From a virus (Duplodnaviria > Heunggongvirae > Uroviricota > Caudoviricetes), in the IMG/VR virus record IMGVR_UViG_2529292834_000016, positions 1 through 8,147 of that record: a stretch of DNA of 8,147 nucleotides, one strand, 5' to 3'. The position numbers and the translations under genes are program-made. Shown here piece after piece: positions 1-7,582 of the stretch. Position 1 is the stretch's first letter. Every line of letters starts with the position of its first letter. The notes under the pieces are model-generated. The model made no database searches, was not told the origin of the DNA, and was given only the letters and a program-made list of their open reading frames with translations.

Positions 1-276
1 TCGCAAACGACGAAAACTACGCTTTAGCAGCTTAATAACCTGCTTAGAGCCCTCTCTCCCTAGCCTCCGCTCTTAGGACGGGGATCAAGAGAGGTCAAAC
101 CCAAAAGAGATCGCGTGGAAGCCCTGCCTGGGGTTGAAGCGTTAAAACTTAATCAGGCTAGTTTGTTAGTGGCGTGTCCGTCCGCAGCTGGCAAGCGAAT
201 GTAAAGACTGACTAAGCATGTAGTACCGAGGATGTAGGAATTTCGGACGCGGGTTCAACTCCCGCCAGCTCCACCA
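1..276 (+). ncRNA. ssrA: tmRNA (SsrA), 3' ~276 nt; the 5' ~87 nt lie upstream of the window
   Basis: Sequence matches enterobacterial tmRNA as I recall it, from the tag-encoding region through the tRNA-like 3' domain, ending GGTTCAACTCCCGCCAGCTCCACCA at 252-276. Far longer than a typical att-core duplication, so this is the intact gene copy. Confidence 0.95.
3..35 (+). other. ssrA: tmRNA tag-peptide reading frame, ANDENYALAA plus TAA
   Basis: GCA AAC GAC GAA AAC TAC GCT TTA GCA GCT TAA read directly at 3-35; this is the canonical SsrA degradation tag. Confidence 0.9.
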
Positions 277-286
277 ATTAAAACAA

Positions 287-319
287 GGGGTTACGTGAAA
301 GCGTAGCCCCTTTTTCTTT
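287..319 (+). terminator. Candidate intrinsic terminator downstream of ssrA
   Basis: 9-bp stem GGGGTTACG (287-295) / CGTAGCCCC (302-310) with one G-U pair, 6-nt loop, followed by TTTTTCTTT at 311-319. Confidence 0.55.
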
Positions 320-322
320 GGT

Positions 323-363
323 AGTGGCGGCAAAATGGCGACAGAGTGTCGGAGTGGCGGCAA
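323..363. repeat. 11-bp direct repeat AGTGGCGGCAA x2, 30 bp apart, function unknown
   Basis: Identical 11-mers at 323-333 and 353-363, between the two terminators at the prophage/host junction. The repeat itself is certain; a role as integrase or accessory-protein binding sites is a guess. Confidence 0.5.
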
Positions 364-389
364 CAAAAAACCCGCCATTAAAGCGGGTT
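361..389 (-). terminator. Intrinsic terminator of ogr
   Basis: Minus-strand RNA reads AACCCGC-UUUAAUG-GCGGGUU followed by UUUUGUUG: a 7-bp perfect stem and U-tract starting 4 nt after the ogr stop. Confidence 0.6.
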
Positions 390-393
390 CTGT

Positions 394-612
394 TCAGAAA
401 CTCATGTGGCCTTGACCACCTTTTCCAGGATGTGGCGGCGCAGAAGAAATTAGATTCGGTTTTATAATGTGCCGTACAAACGTTTCATGAGTAACGAACG
501 TACAGCCACAATTTATATTTTGGCACTGGTTGTAACGTTCTTTTGTCGTAGCTGATACCTGAAAGCTGCTTCTGGTATGTGCTGCATGACCGCACTCTGG
601 ACAGTTCATCAT
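394..612 (-). CDS. ogr: Ogr/Delta-family zinc-finger late transcription activator, 72 aa from the internal Met
   Basis: MMNCPECGHAAH...CQNINC carries the CX2CX22CX4C spacing of P2 Ogr and resembles it closely. SD-like GGTGGGA sits ~8 nt upstream of ATG 610-612. The six-frame ORF's start at 660 adds 16 unlikely residues. Position after gene D matches P2. Confidence 0.85.
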   Translation of the reverse strand: MMNCPECGHAAHTRSSFQVSATTKERYNQCQNINCGCTFVTHETFVRHIIKPNLISSAPPHPGKGGQGHMSF

Positions 613-648
613 CGCTGTTATCCCACCACTCTTGCCGTAGTCGCAATA

Positions 649-676
649 ATGATACAGCATTATTCAATATTGAGAA
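649..676 (-). promoter_or_regulatory. Candidate sigma70 promoter for ogr
   Basis: On the minus strand, TTCTCA (676-671), 16-nt spacer, TATCAT (654-649), about 35 nt upstream of the ogr ATG in an AT-rich D-ogr spacer. Hexamer match only. Confidence 0.3.
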
Positions 677-680
677 CCAA

Positions 681-1781
681 TTATTCAATTTCAAGATCAT
701 CAATCTTTACTTCAAGCTCCATGCTGGTCGTAAATCCATTATCCGGGCTGACAGAATGCGTCAGGGTGGTAATGGTCCATTCTGCATCATCAATCGGCTG
801 CTTAAACCCCGTCACCTTCACCGGCATTTCCGTATAGAGATCAGCCCGCCCCTCAGCCAGCTGCAGGGAAAATGAAGCAACCCCACGCTGCAGACGTTCC
901 CACTGCATTTTTGCTGCGCGCTCTGCATTGCTCCGATTGGCATAGGTACGATTAAGAACCAGCACGTTTTCATCCGTTCCCACCAGATAATCGCCCTGTT
1001 TTGCTTCCGGCTCTTTGGGTGTGGTGGTTTTCTTTCGACGGCGCTTAACACTGGTTGTCTCTTTTTTCCTGGGTTCACGCGTATGCAACCAGCTGGCAAT
1101 AACACCGGTATAGGCACCACGATCAGCAAGGGTGAACCGATGACCGTCACCGGCTTTGCGTGTGATGGTGATAACCGGCAGCGGCTTGCCGCTTGCCGTT
1201 CTTCCCTGTCCCTGCCGGATAAACAGCAGATTCCCGTCTTTAACGGAAGCAATCGCCCCATACTGTCTCGCCAGTTTCATCAGAAAACTTGCATCGCTTT
1301 CATTGGTCTGGTCCAGATGATCCAGTGCCTTATCCGTCAGGTCTTTACCCAGCGCCACTTTGAGGTTATGCCGGGCGGCGATTTCCTTTACCACCTCCCC
1401 CACCGTTGTCTGATGCCATGATTTTTCGCGCCGTGTATTCAGGGTCTCACGGAAATCTGCACTACGCGCCCGGATGGTCAGTCGGTCAGGGGCACCGCTG
1501 TGTTCAATTTCATCCACGGTAAAAGCCCCTTTAGGGAAAAGCGGATGGCCTTTCCAGCCCAGCGCAAGCTGAATCACTGCCCCACGTCGCGGCAGGGCGA
1601 TCAGCCCGTCGGCATCGTCCAGCTCCAGATCAAGCTGGTCCGCTTCAAAGCCCCGGTTATCCGTCAGCGTCAGACTCATCAGGCGGGTATCCAGCACGGT
1701 CGTCACGTCCTTACCTTCAATGACGATACTGAAAGCCGGGCTTTTGCTGTTCAGGTTCAGGAGATCAGAATTAACGTTCAC
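681..1781 (-). CDS. D: P2 gpD-like tail protein (late control gene D family), 366 aa
   Basis: Length and sequence are consistent with the P2 gpD family and the gene sits between U and ogr. Starts with GTG at 1779-1781, preceded by GGAGGA, and overlaps the U stop as GTGA. Confidence 0.88.
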   Translation of the reverse strand: MNVNSDLLNLNSKSPAFSIVIEGKDVTTVLDTRLMSLTLTDNRGFEADQLDLELDDADGLIALPRRGAVIQLALGWKGHPLFPKGAFTVDEIEHSGAPDRLTIRARSADFRETLNTRREKSWHQTTVGEVVKEIAARHNLKVALGKDLTDKALDHLDQTNESDASFLMKLARQYGAIASVKDGNLLFIRQGQGRTASGKPLPVITITRKAGDGHRFTLADRGAYTGVIASWLHTREPRKKETTSVKRRRKKTTTPKEPEAKQGDYLVGTDENVLVLNRTYANRSNAERAAKMQWERLQRGVASFSLQLAEGRADLYTEMPVKVTGFKQPIDDAEWTITTLTHSVSPDNGFTTSMELEVKIDDLEIE

Positions 1782-2263
1782 TGCAGCAATCCTCCAACCG
1801 TGTTTTTAATCCCCCCAATCGCAGAGGCAGCAGAGTCCTGCAGGTTGCTGAGCTGGTCACTCAGGCTCCCGAACATGTCAGACAGCGACTCATCAACCCG
1901 TTTGAGGGTGATCGTAAACTCAATGCGCCGGGGCATTCCACTGGCAAAAAACTCCGTCTTTGTCTGGCTCAGACTCTCAATAACAAACATGCCGTAAATG
2001 GTTCCGCTGCCTTCAATCAAAGGCCAGGCTTTGCCCTGCTCTGCCATCAACTCCAGCGCCAGCAATGACAGCCTGCCTCCGGTCACTTCCGGCAGCAGAA
2101 CCCCGGACAGTGTCAGTGAATCATTATCCGGGCCAAGAAACTGCGTTGACGGGCGGCGGTTCACCCGGCTGTTGGCTGCATGTCGCCAGCTGCGCTGATA
2201 CTGCAGCTCCTGATAAGGGACAGTGCGCAACATAAATACATATAAACCCAGCACCATCATCAT
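1778..2263 (-). CDS. U: P2 gpU-like tail protein, ~160 aa
   Basis: Size and position between T and D match P2 gpU. Start ATG overlaps the T stop (ATGA at 2260-2263), with a G-rich SD inside the 3' end of T. Confidence 0.8.
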   Translation of the reverse strand: MMMVLGLYVFMLRTVPYQELQYQRSWRHAANSRVNRRPSTQFLGPDNDSLTLSGVLLPEVTGGRLSLLALELMAEQGKAWPLIEGSGTIYGMFVIESLSQTKTEFFASGMPRRIEFTITLKRVDESLSDMFGSLSDQLSNLQDSAASAIGGIKNTVGGLLQ

Positions 2264-5200
2264 GATTCATACCCCCCCTGATCGCTGAAATTGCTGCGCG
2301 CTTTTGCCCTGGCCCTGCGTTCCCGCTCGTCAAGCTGGCGTGCCACTTCACGGGCAATATCCTGCGCACTCTGTCCCGGCTGCGCGACGATATGAATGGG
2401 CGCATTTATCTCATAACGAATAACTGACGGCGGGCTGTCAGCCTTCACTGGCTGCGTCTGGTATGCCCTCGCAGGCAGACTGAACGGATGAAGCGGAGCC
2501 ACTTCTGCAGGTGTCGCAGCTACCCCCATCACGCCAGCAACGACAGAGGCCAGCGCAGCAGTACGCCGCCTGCTGGTGACATTTGCCGGTCCGTTCACAA
2601 TTTCAGGGCCATTTTCTCCAACAATGCCAAACTGCCCGCGTGGAATGATCCCCCCCGTGTCGTACATCCCTGCGTAAGCCGGGAACCCGCCTGGCGGCAG
2701 CACCACTTTGCCGTCACTGTTCACTGTGGCGGATTGCTGCTGCGTGACCTGCGCAGGCAGTTTCGCCTTTGCCGCCTCCTTACTGACAATACCGAGCTTT
2801 TCCAGTAGCCATGACACACCGGATTTAAGAGACTCCAGCGGGTGCATCACCCTATTCAGACCTTCCGCAAGCGCCTCACCAAACCGGCGCCCCATTGCAG
2901 CTGCGCTGTTCAGTTCTTCGGAAGTGGATTTAACCGGCGTAAGTAAATCACTGAACCAGCCCCACAAGGCCTGCACCCTGTCACCAATCCACTGGAACAT
3001 GGGCCTGAGCGGCTCAAAGGCGGCGCTGATGGGCGCTGCAGCGGCTTTGAACCCTTCCACCACGCCCCCCAGAAATGCACTGATGGGCTGCCAGTATTTC
3101 CACACAACCAGCGCCACACCAGCCAGCGCAGCCACAACCAGCCCTATCGGACTGAGCAGCGCACCCAGCATACCGGAAAGACCAGACAGCGCGCCGCGAA
3201 GTAATGCCAGCGGACCAGAAACAAGAAAACACAATACGCCACCGACAGCTGTCAGCCCACCCCGCAACGCCGCCAGCGGGTTCATCACCATACCGATAAC
3301 ATTACGGATACCTGACATACCGACACGGAACACGGCAAGCGGAGCACCTGCCACCGTTTTCAGTGCATTACCCGCTATTCCAACTGAGCGACGCAGGGAA
3401 TTAAGCGGGGCACTCAGCAACCCGACACTACCACCGGATGACGCCATACCCCGACGCAACAGGGAAAGTGGCGCACCTGCCAGCCATGACAGGGCACCGC
3501 CAGTACGTGTTACCGCTGCAGCAACGGAAGGTAATGTTTTTACACCCAGCACAGACAGGCCAAACCGAATCACCGCAATCGGCCCCAGCACAGCAGCCAC
3601 TGCCACGGCAAGTGTACCCAGCCCGACAGTGACAGCCGCCGTAGCCGCCGCCACTTTCATCAGCGTGCCAGCCAGCACGGGGTTCTGCTCCACCCAGCGA
3701 CGCAGCGCCCCGGTCACGCCCTTAACCATGCCCATAATATCCATCAGCGGCTGACGCAACGTTTCCCCCAGACTGCTGAAAGCGTTCTGCGCGCCAGTCT
3801 TAACCAGCAACCACTGCGCAGACAATGAATCCTTGTTAATGTCGGATTCTTTCTGCATGGAGCCATTAGCACCACTGCCTGATGTGAGTTTCAGCTGACG
3901 CTGCAGCTCCGGCAGGTTGTTAGCCAGCTTTGCCGCATCATCGCCAAACTCTTTACCAAAAATCATTGTCATGGCTGACAGGCGTTTATCCTGCGGCAGA
4001 TTGTTGACCTTCTCCAGAACCCGCTGAATGGTGCCCATGGCATCGGTGGTCATCTGCTTTTCAATCTCCGCAGGATTGAGTTTCAGCAGGTTCATACCTT
4101 CAAAGAAGCGTTTACTTTGCATGGTGGCAATGGACAGTTCACGCACCATGGCATTAGAGGCACTGGCGGCAATTTCCGGGGCAGCCCCAAGAGAAAGGAA
4201 TGTTGAACCCAGCGCAGCAGCCTTTCGGAAGTCAAGGCGGTCAGCCACGCCCCCCATACGCTGCAGGACGTTGATAATGTCCCCACCCTTTGACATAGCG
4301 TTATCGTCCAGGTAGTTCAGCGCATCGCCCAGTTGTTCAATATTGCGCGTCGGAACTTTATAGAGCTGCGCGATTTTCCCCAATCCTTCCGCCAGCTCAT
4401 CGGCGGGCAGCTCAAAGGCCGTTGCAGCTTTTGCCGCCGTGGATGCAAAGGCCAGCAGGTCACGTTTCTGGTCCTCAAAGGGATCGTCCTGGTCAGTCAC
4501 GCCCATGCGCGCGCCGCCTTCAACCAGCGCGGCATAGTCTATAGCACCATTCTCCATCGGCAGTTGCTCACTGGCAGCCTTAATGGCATCCTGCATGTCA
4601 TAAAACTGTTTTGTACGGTTGCCGTTATCGTCACGAAGCCCGTTTACCTGCTTTGCCACGCCTTTCATGGCATCTTCCATACTGGCATAGCTCTTAACTG
4701 CAGCCATAACCGGCGCGCCCATTGCCAGCCCCGCTGCCGTGGTGGTGGCCCCGGCTCCTGCAATGCGATCCCTTACCTCAAGACTCCTGGAGTATGCCGC
4801 ACGGGCGGCGTGCATTTTTCGCTGTTGCTCCCCGACACGTCGTAACCTTGCTTCCTGTTCAGAAAGCTGCCTGTTATAACGCATTGTTTCACGGGTAATG
4901 CGGGCCGTCGCGCTGGCGCCATCACTGGCTGAAATACCGGCACGATAAAGCTCTGCACGCACAAGTGCAGTCTGCTGCTGCAGCTTTTTCTGCCGTTCTT
5001 CCAGACGCTGAACAGCCAGCTGTTGACGGCCCAAAGCAACAACCTGCCGTTGAGAAGGCGGCCCCATCGCACCCAGCTCATGACTGAGTAAATTTGCACG
5101 CTGGCGGGCATAGTTCAGCCGGTCGCCCAGTTTCTGATTTTCTGCCTGTAGCTTTCGGAAGCTGTCCAGACTGCTCCCGGCCTGATCAAGCTGCTTTATT

Positions 5201-5325
5201 GCATCGCGGGATTTTTTGACAGCAGCAGCCAGCTCTTTTGAGCTGGCCTGCGCGGATCGAAATGGGCGGGTGAGCTTGTCAACCGCGTTCAGAATCACCT
5301 GCAGACGCAGGCTATTGTCACTCAT
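2260..5325 (-). CDS. T: Tail tape measure protein (gpT-like), 1021 aa
   Basis: Long ORF with an N-terminal coiled-coil-like Q/R/A-rich region, a central Gly/Ala-rich hydrophobic core and a C-terminal GG..IP.G.FGIVGENGPEIV motif typical of tape measures; sits immediately after the E/E' chaperone pair. Confidence 0.9.
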   Translation of the reverse strand: MSDNSLRLQVILNAVDKLTRPFRSAQASSKELAAAVKKSRDAIKQLDQAGSSLDSFRKLQAENQKLGDRLNYARQRANLLSHELGAMGPPSQRQVVALGRQQLAVQRLEERQKKLQQQTALVRAELYRAGISASDGASATARITRETMRYNRQLSEQEARLRRVGEQQRKMHAARAAYSRSLEVRDRIAGAGATTTAAGLAMGAPVMAAVKSYASMEDAMKGVAKQVNGLRDDNGNRTKQFYDMQDAIKAASEQLPMENGAIDYAALVEGGARMGVTDQDDPFEDQKRDLLAFASTAAKAATAFELPADELAEGLGKIAQLYKVPTRNIEQLGDALNYLDDNAMSKGGDIINVLQRMGGVADRLDFRKAAALGSTFLSLGAAPEIAASASNAMVRELSIATMQSKRFFEGMNLLKLNPAEIEKQMTTDAMGTIQRVLEKVNNLPQDKRLSAMTMIFGKEFGDDAAKLANNLPELQRQLKLTSGSGANGSMQKESDINKDSLSAQWLLVKTGAQNAFSSLGETLRQPLMDIMGMVKGVTGALRRWVEQNPVLAGTLMKVAAATAAVTVGLGTLAVAVAAVLGPIAVIRFGLSVLGVKTLPSVAAAVTRTGGALSWLAGAPLSLLRRGMASSGGSVGLLSAPLNSLRRSVGIAGNALKTVAGAPLAVFRVGMSGIRNVIGMVMNPLAALRGGLTAVGGVLCFLVSGPLALLRGALSGLSGMLGALLSPIGLVVAALAGVALVVWKYWQPISAFLGGVVEGFKAAAAPISAAFEPLRPMFQWIGDRVQALWGWFSDLLTPVKSTSEELNSAAAMGRRFGEALAEGLNRVMHPLESLKSGVSWLLEKLGIVSKEAAKAKLPAQVTQQQSATVNSDGKVVLPPGGFPAYAGMYDTGGIIPRGQFGIVGENGPEIVNGPANVTSRRRTAALASVVAGVMGVAATPAEVAPLHPFSLPARAYQTQPVKADSPPSVIRYEINAPIHIVAQPGQSAQDIAREVARQLDERERRARAKARSNFSDQGGYES

Positions 5326-5754
5326 CGCTGGCCCCGCTTCTCTGAATCGCTTTGTGCCGCCACTCCAGCACCTCAGTCAGCGGCATAACGTCAGTGATGG
5401 ACGGCGACCAGTGAAAAATGGTGGCGATATCCGCCACCAGGTCATCAATCGTCAGGCTGTCGGTAAACCGGCAAGCACCGACTTCTTCAACAAAAAAGTC
5501 ACCACCTCGACCGACAGCGCGGTGAGATCGGCGGGGTCCAGTTCAGCCATTTCCTGTGCGGTCAGCGTCGGGGTGGAAATACGCGGGATCACTGTCATCA
5601 TGGCCCCCACGTCCATATCCATAATGGCCTGCAGGCGGGTGCCGCGCAGCGCGCCGGACTGCGGCTTACGCAGCACAATTTCGGTGATTTGGGTTTTACC
5701 GCGCATGATGGGCGTATCCAGTTGTACGGTTTTTTCAGTCAGCTTGTCGTTCAT
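5318..5754 (-). CDS. E': gpE+E' fusion made by programmed -1 frameshift, ~145 aa
   Basis: After a -1 shift at T TTT TTG the frame stays open for 57 codons (VEEVGACRFTDSLTIDDLVADIATIFHWSPSITDVMPLTEVLEWRHKAIQRSGASDE) and stops at TGA 5318-5320, overlapping codons 2-3 of T. Confidence 0.65.
5452..5754 (-). CDS. E: Tail assembly chaperone gpE (zero-frame product), 100 aa
   Basis: Small ORF directly upstream of the tape measure gene; AGGAAA lies upstream of the ATG at 5752-5754; contains a slippery heptamer near its 3' end. Confidence 0.8.
   Translation of the reverse strand: MNDKLTEKTVQLDTPIMRGKTQITEIVLRKPQSGALRGTRLQAIMDMDVGAMMTVIPRISTPTLTAQEMAELDPADLTALSVEVVTFLLKKSVLAGLPTA
5491..5497 (-). other. 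Slippery heptamer T_TTT_TTG (X_XXY_YYZ), programmed -1 frameshift site
   Basis: Minus-strand codons ACT TTT TTG, i.e. Thr86-Phe87-Leu88 of E, place TTTTTTG in the canonical frame. Confidence 0.7.
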
Positions 5755-5779
5755 GTTCGTTTCCTGTTAATCAGATACT

Positions 5780-5797
5780 GGCGCGGATCACCGCGCC
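5780..5797 (-). other. GC-rich stem-loop in the FII-E intergenic region
   Basis: Perfect 7-bp stem GGCGCGG / CCGCGCC with 4-nt loop, 11 nt after the FII stop, not followed by a U-tract. Confidence 0.4.
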
Positions 5798-5808
5798 GTT
5801 AAGTTAAA

Positions 5809-6324
5809 TCAGAGGCCAAGGGCGTTACGGTGCGCTTCCATCAGGTCCACACCGTCAACGATTTCAATCATGTTGACCACATCAACCTCATAGAGCACCT
5901 CGCCGTTAATGGTCAGCTTCGCGTAACTGTTGGTGCTGCTGACTTTGGTGGCGCTACTTTCTCCAGTTTTCCACTCGCCGGAATCCACCTCTTTATGACG
6001 CCCCCGCACAACCAGCTCAACGGCCTGCACTTCGCCGGTATCGTCACGCTGAATAGAGCCGGTAAAACGCAACTGGATACCGTCCACCGTGGCAGCTCCC
6101 ATCTGTTTGAATAACAGCAGTTCGGTGCCGCCGATTGAAAATTCCGTGTCCAGTGCGCCGTCATCCAGCCCCATATCCACATCCACCGCGCCCGGCATAC
6201 CGCCGCCGCGATACTTCTCAAACTTGCGGGTGAATTTCGGCAGGGTCAGGGACTCAACGATCCCCTGCCAGTTGTTCCCGTCGTTGAACAGGTTCAGATG
6301 TTTTAACTTGCGTGGTAATGCCAT
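5809..6324 (-). CDS. FII: Major tail tube protein (gpFII-like), 171 aa
   Basis: N-terminus MALPRKLKHLNLF... and length match P2 FII; AAGGGGGA precedes the ATG; lies 9 nt downstream of the sheath gene. Confidence 0.9.
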   Translation of the reverse strand: MALPRKLKHLNLFNDGNNWQGIVESLTLPKFTRKFEKYRGGGMPGAVDVDMGLDDGALDTEFSIGGTELLLFKQMGAATVDGIQLRFTGSIQRDDTGEVQAVELVVRGRHKEVDSGEWKTGESSATKVSSTNSYAKLTINGEVLYEVDVVNMIEIVDGVDLMEAHRNALGL

Positions 6325-6333
6325 GTATCCCCC

Positions 6334-7506
6334 TTATGCACTGACACGGCTGGCAAAATCGACCAGGTAGCGATCGGTGATGCGCTGGCGCAGCATCAGA
6401 TTTTCAAGCGGCGGCACAGGTGTGTAGTCGTAGTCGATGGTGAGTTTCCCGGCTTTCAGGGAGTCTTTATCGTTCACTGACTCATCCAGCCAGCAGTCTG
6501 CCCCGATGAGGTATCCCTGATTCACCAGGCTGCGTAATTTGGCGCGGATACCTTCGATAATGTCGCGGGCCAGTGACGGATTCAGTGGCTTATCCACCGC
6601 CCACATATGCCCCTCTGCAATCGTGTCAGCCAGCACCTGCGCCGTGCGGGTGTAGTTCTCAAACGCAAACAATGGATCGTCACTGAGGCAGCGGGAACCC
6701 CAGAAGCGGAACCCGTCTTTACAGATCAGCGTGGTGACGTCGTTCTGGTTCAGCAGTCCCGCATCCGTTGCCGGGTCCTGCAGATCCCAGAACACATCAG
6801 CGGAAATACCGGTGACGCCATTCACACCCACGTTGGACAGGGTTTTATGCCAACCGGTCTGTTCGTCGATTTTGGCGCGCAAACCGAGCGCACGTGCAGA
6901 GGCGTAAGCCGTCGCATCGGCTTTTAGCACGGTGTCAAAGTTGATGAAATCAGGCCAGATCAGCATCCCTTCTCGCTGGCTGAAATTGTCCCGGTAAGCA
7001 ATGGCTTCCTCCAGCGTCTTGCAGCCATAGGCAGACAGGTAGGCAAACCCGCGCAGGCTCTGCGCAATACTCATCAGCTCAGTGGCTACCGCCTGCGTGT
7101 CGTGCCCCGGCACACCGAGAATGCGCGGATTAACTTTCAGCTGCGACTGCGCAGAAAGCAGCGCTTTCATCCCCGTTTTTTTACCGTCGGACGTGACGCC
7201 ACCGATAATATTGGAGGTGGTTTCCGCTTCGGTTTCGCCCTGCGCCACGCGCACAACAACCGTTACGGGCTTTGACTGGTCGGCAATCGCATCAAGCGAA
7301 CGGGCCAGCGTGCCGGACTCGCCTGCTTTACCGCTGGCCTCCAGCACATCCGTCAGCAGAACCGGCTTATTGAGAGGGAATACGGACGCATCAGCATCAT
7401 CGCCGGTGCAGACCATGCCCACGATAGCGGTGCTCACCGTGGTGATAGATCGGGTGCCCTCGTTGACTTCAACAACGCGCACCCCGTGGTGGTAATCCTG
7501 AGCCAT
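6334..7506 (-). CDS. FI: Contractile tail sheath protein (gpFI-like), 390 aa
   Basis: Strong similarity along its length to P2 FI as I recall it ([47 protein letters not shown]); AGGAGG lies 8 nt upstream of the ATG at 7504-7506. Confidence 0.93.
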   Translation of the reverse strand: MAQDYHHGVRVVEVNEGTRSITTVSTAIVGMVCTGDDADASVFPLNKPVLLTDVLEASGKAGESGTLARSLDAIADQSKPVTVVVRVAQGETEAETTSNIIGGVTSDGKKTGMKALLSAQSQLKVNPRILGVPGHDTQAVATELMSIAQSLRGFAYLSAYGCKTLEEAIAYRDNFSQREGMLIWPDFINFDTVLKADATAYASARALGLRAKIDEQTGWHKTLSNVGVNGVTGISADVFWDLQDPATDAGLLNQNDVTTLICKDGFRFWGSRCLSDDPLFAFENYTRTAQVLADTIAEGHMWAVDKPLNPSLARDIIEGIRAKLRSLVNQGYLIGADCWLDESVNDKDSLKAGKLTIDYDYTPVPPLENLMLRQRITDRYLVDFASRVSA

Positions 7507-7582
7507 AGCGGCGAACCTCCTGATTGGAATAGGCTTCGCCCTATGTTGTATTGATTACGTCACGCAGACAGCTGTGCGGCGT

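Noticed and set aside
166-378. 70-aa minus-strand ORF
   Set aside because: Lies almost entirely inside the tmRNA gene and its terminator, on the antisense strand; an artefact of the structured RNA sequence.
613-660. N-terminal extension of the ogr ORF (MLYHYCDYGKSGGITA)
   Set aside because: The internal Met at 610-612 gives a 72-aa protein matching Ogr length and has an SD-like GGTGGGA upstream; the extension would run through the likely promoter.
485-875. ORFs 485-703 (-), 577-837 (+) and 579-875 (+) overlapping ogr and the D 3' end
   Set aside because: Alternative-frame and antisense shadows of ogr and D, with no RBS and no recognisable sequence.
1060-1067. A6 run (AGG AAA AAA GAG) in gene D as a possible slippery or transcriptional slippage site
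   Set aside because: Not in the X_XXY_YYZ register and no open alternative frame downstream; just part of the Lys-rich segment.
818-1997. ORFs 818-1261 (-), 1083-1421 (+) and 1500-1997 (+)
   Set aside because: Off-frame or antisense to D and U; Arg/Pro/Cys-rich composition typical of GC-rich shadow frames.
1998-2405. ORFs 1998-2198 (+) and 2124-2405 (-)
   Set aside because: Overlap U and the T 3' end in other frames; no independent support.
2488-5111. Antisense and off-frame ORFs within the tape measure gene, including a 348-aa Pro/Ala/Ser-rich plus-strand ORF at 2708-3754 and a 170-aa one at 4333-4845
   Set aside because: All lie inside the well-supported T gene; their composition is the mirror of the Gly/Ala-rich T sequence. 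Long antisense ORFs are expected in high-GC repetitive coding DNA.
5216-5770. 184-aa plus-strand ORF
   Set aside because: Antisense to the E/E' and T start region, which is fully explained by the frameshift pair.
5830-6370. ORFs 5830-6114 (+), 5913-6221 (-) and 6089-6370 (+)
   Set aside because: Shadows overlapping the tail tube gene FII.
6607-7495. ORFs 6607-6927 (+) and 7082-7495 (+)
   Set aside because: Antisense to the sheath gene FI, which has strong sequence support along its whole length.
7551-7582. ACAGCTGT palindrome as a possible terminator between the invertase and FI
   Set aside because: Only an 8-bp palindrome with mismatched flanks and no U-tract; insufficient for an intrinsic terminator.
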